Assembly (NCBI RefSeq): GCF_009914755.1
Contig: NC_060929.1
Strand: one strand, 5' to 3'
DNA: 64,000 bases
From: the human T2T-CHM13v2.0 reference genome, Homo sapiens
The position numbers and the translations under genes were made by a program. Positions 60,322-64,000 of the stretch are shown piece by piece (position 1 is the stretch's first letter; each line of letters starts with the position of its first letter). The notes beneath the pieces were generated by a model, which saw nothing but the letters and a program-made list of their open reading frames with translations, did no database searches and was not told the origin of the DNA.

Positions 60322-61359
60322 GTAATATTCTGAGAAATGCCCTTTGGGATATGCTTGCCTAGCTCATACATTATAGGTTAGTCTTGTTCCTTTTTCTTCT
60401 TCACCAGAAAACCTATTTACTTCATTTTATGTATTTCATTTAGCTTTGATATTTGACCTTTATTCCAACACATCTATCTCATCCCTGACCTAGGAACCAA
60501 GTAAGAAGCCACTGAAAAATATAGTTTCAGGAAAGTTTTAAGCATTTACTTGCCCAAGATCATCAAGGTTCTGTGTATTTATAACCTTAGCTATCTGGTC
60601 TCCAATTTTCTGGCTTCACAGTCTGGTTTTCAAAGTGAGTCTGAATTCTTATTTTGATGTCCATTCTATCTTACCAGTTTCTCATTTCACAAATCTGAAT
60701 GATTTCTTCATTTTCATAGTAACCGTGGCTCTGGGAAACAGAACATCCTTCCTCTGTCCTAGCAAAAAAAAAAAAAAAGCCATTGATAAGTTTAGTCTCC
60801 TACTCAACACCTTTCTCTTAAGACAACTGAAATTGTAATATTTAAAAAGTTATTTCCATTTAAACTGTACATTATTTTTTACCTAAATAAATAGCTCTGC
60901 ACAAGATAAGATGTAAAAAATTCTAATGTTACACTGTGTCAATATTCATAGAGATAAGCCTTGAGGTAGAATGTTTAGCCACAGATCATCAAATATCATA
61001 GAGACTTACTTAAAAAATAATGGCATAATATTTTATGTTTCTTTCCTTTATTAAAAATATGTTTTCCTTGTTTAGAGGAGTAGCAAAATGTTTTTAACCC
61101 CAGGTCCTACTTTTATACACTCATTTTCACTATGAATTCAAGATACAATAAAAGTAAATATTGGGTTCAGTAATGACAGTGTTTTCATTTACAGTGTCTT
61201 GGCTAACTGGTTTCCAAATTTCTGGCTCTGTAATATTCTGAGACAACCTTTGGGATATGCTTGCTTAGCTTATACATTACAGCCTAGTCCTATGACTTTT
61301 TTGCCAGATTACCTATTTACTTCATTTTATGTATTTAATTTAGCTCAGATATTTGACCT
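60322..61359. repeat. Dispersed direct repeat, ~135-bp copies at 60322-60459 and 61230-61359
   Basis: Shared GTAATATTCTGAGA, CCTTTGGGATATGCTTGC, ACCTATTTACTTCATTTTATGTATTT and GATATTTGACCT blocks in the same order. Confidence 0.9.
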
Positions 61360-61480
61360 ATATACAAATATGTTCATCACATATGTTTGTCCCTTGCTTA
61401 AAACAAATGAATACAGGCAAAAGTTAAGATTTCATTTAGTTTTACAGTAAACTACTACCTAACCTAGATGCCCATTTATT

Positions 61481-63504
61481 TACTTATTTATTTTTTATTA
61501 CACTTTAAGTTCTAGGGTACATGTGCAGATTGTTACATAGGTATACATGTGCCATGGTGGTTTGCTGCATCCAACAACCCATCATCTACATTAGGTATTT
61601 TTCCTAATGCTATCCCTCCCCTAGCCCCCCACCCCCTGAGAGGCCCAAGTGTGTGATATTCCCCTCTCTGTGTCAATGTGTTCTCATTGTTCAACTCCCA
61701 TCTATGAGTGAGAACATGAGGTGTTTGGTTTTCTGTTCCTGTGTTAGTTTGCTGAGAATCATGCTTTCTAGCTTCATCCACATCCCTGCAAAGGACATGA
61801 ACCCATCCTTTTTTATGGCTGCATAGTGTTTCATGGTGTGTATGTGCCACATTCTCTTTATCCAGTCTATCATTGATGGGCATTTGGGTTGGTTCCAAGT
61901 CTTTGCTATTTGTGAACAGTGCCGCAACAAACATATGTGTGCATGTGTCTTTATAGTAGAATGATTTATAATCCTTTGGGTATATACCCAGTAATGGTAT
62001 TGCTGCATCAAATGGTTATTTCCAGTTCTAGATCCTTGAGGAATTGCCACGTTGTCTTCCCTAATAGTTGAACTAATTTACACTCCCATCAACAGTGTAA
62101 AAGCATTCCTGTTTCTCCACATCCTCTCCAGCATCTGTTGTTTCCTGACTTTGTAATGATCGCCATTTTAACTGGCGTGAGATGGTATCTCATTGTGGTT
62201 TTGATTTGCATTTCTCTGATGACCAGTGAGGATGAGCATTTTTTCATATGTTTGTTGGCTGAATAAATGTCTTCTTTTGAGAAGTGTCTGTTCATATCCT
62301 TTGCCCACTTCTCGATGAGATTGTTTGTTTTTTTCAGGTAAATTTGTTTAAGTTCTTTATAGATTCTGGATATTAGCCCTTTGTCAGATGGATAGATTGC
62401 AAAAATTTTCTCCCATTCTGTAGGTTGTCAGTTCACTCTGATAAGAGTTTCTTTTGCTGTGTAGAAGCTCTTTAGTTTGATTAGATCCTTGGTGTTTTAG
62501 TCATGAAGTCTTTGCCCATGCCTAAGTCCTGAATGGTATTGCCTAGGTTTTTTTTTTCTAGGAATTTATGGTTTTAGTTCTTACATTTAAGTCTTTAATC
62601 CATCTTGAGTTATTTTTTGTATAAGGTGTAAGGATGGGGTCCAGTTTCAGTTTTCTGCATATGGCTAGCCAGTTTTTCCAACACCATTTATTAAATAGGG
62701 GTTTCTTTCCCCGTTGCTTGTTTTTATCAGGTTTGTCAAAGATCAGATGGTTGTAGATTTGTGGAATTATTTCTGAGGCTTCTATTCTGTTCCATTGGTC
62801 CATATATCAGTTTTGGTACCAGTACCATGCTGTTTTTGTTACTGTAGCCTTGTAGTATAGTTTGAAGTCAGGTAGTGTGATGCCTCCAGCTTTTTTCTTT
62901 TTGCTTAAGATTGTCTTGGCTATGTGGGCTCTTTTTTGGTTCCATATGAAATTTAAAGCAGTTTTTTTTCCAATTCTGTGAGAAAGTCAATGGTAGCTTG
63001 ATGGGGAAAGCATTGAATCTATAAATTACTTTGGGCAGTATGGCCATTTTCATAATATTGATTCTTCCTATTCATGAGCATGCAATGTTTTTCTATTTGC
63101 TTGTGTCCTGTCTTATTCCTTGGAGCAGTGGTTTGTAGTTCTCCTTGAAGAGGCCCTTCACATCCCTTGTAAGTTGTATTCCTAGGTAGCTTATTCTCTT
63201 CATAGCAATAGTGAATGGGAGTACACTCATGATTTGGCTCTGTCTATTATTAGTGTATAGGAATGTTTGTGATTTTTGCACATTGATTTTGTATCCTGAG
63301 ACTTTGCTGAAGTTGCTCATCAGCTTAAGGAGATTTGGGGCTGAGACAATGGGGTTTTCTAAATATACAATCATGTCATCTGCAAACAGAGACAATTTGA
63401 TTTCCTCTTTTCCTGACTGAATATCCTTTATTTCTTTCTCTTGCCTGATTGCCCCAGCCAGAACTTTCAGTACTATGTTGAATAGGAGTGGTGAGAGAGG
63501 GCAT
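61481..63504 (-). mobile_element. 5'-truncated L1PA7/8-like element, ~2 kb
   Basis: Antisense 3' UTR and ORF2 3' half ([14 protein letters not shown]); TSD GATGCCC(A/T)TTTATT at 61467-61480 and 63510-63523. Confidence 0.93.
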
Positions 63505-64000
63505 AATCTGATGCCCTTTTATTGGGTCAAATTAGAAAGATACAAATCCAGTCATTTCAATTAATAATTAGGTGGGTGGATAATAGCAAAGCATTTTGTG
63601 CACAGATTAGGACACAGCTATTGCAGTTTTAAAAACAGCTTTTGAATAAACCTCTCAAAGATAAAGGCAATTGGGGTTGTGGAAGGGGCTGAACTCATCT
63701 TCTCATCCTTCAGGGACAGCTACTCAAAAGTGAATCTCCAAACCACCTTGGGATTATATCATGACCAAAGCACTAGAAAGCAATTTAGGTTATTTGTTTA
63801 TCAATTCTTCCCCTTCCACCACCACCTTTTTTTTTCAAAAGTTTCTCTACCACGAACTGAGGACAAAAGCTTGGATTTGGATTAAGTGTTGATTATAACC
63901 AGGAGTCAAACAAAAAGGACCTAGTTTGAAATAACCAGTGTTATTTTGGTCAGTGACATCTTGTTGTGGCACATTCAGCATATATTAACAATCGCACTAA

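Overview
AT-rich primate (most likely human or great-ape) nuclear DNA from a gene-poor, LINE-1-dense region. The AluY and L1PA2/3-type elements point to a hominoid genome; I cannot name the locus. No cellular protein-coding gene, tRNA, rRNA or CRISPR array is supported, and every long ORF in the track is a piece of a decayed L1 ORF1/ORF2. The window holds two full-length but inactivated L1s in divergent orientation (L1PA2/3-like at ~20.0-26.0 kb on -, L1PA7-like at ~34.7-41.2 kb on +, both with TSDs). It also holds many truncated or 5'-inverted L1s, three Alus, THE1/MLT/LTR16/LTR33-type LTRs, an ERV-L pol remnant, Charlie1/MER5/MER103/MADE1 DNA-transposon fossils, L2/MIR fragments and microsatellites. 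Subfamily names come from recalled consensus motifs and need RepeatMasker/Dfam confirmation. The structures that repeats do not explain are a ~365-bp fold-back at 1281-1645, three abutting palindromes at 31502-31573, a tail-less L1 flanked by templated snippets at 44792-45677, several duplication-with-filler scars, an old non-TE direct repeat at ~60.3/61.2 kb, and a speculative in-frame exon pair at 53.4/54.9 kb. I see no convincing evidence of a new multi-gene biological system.
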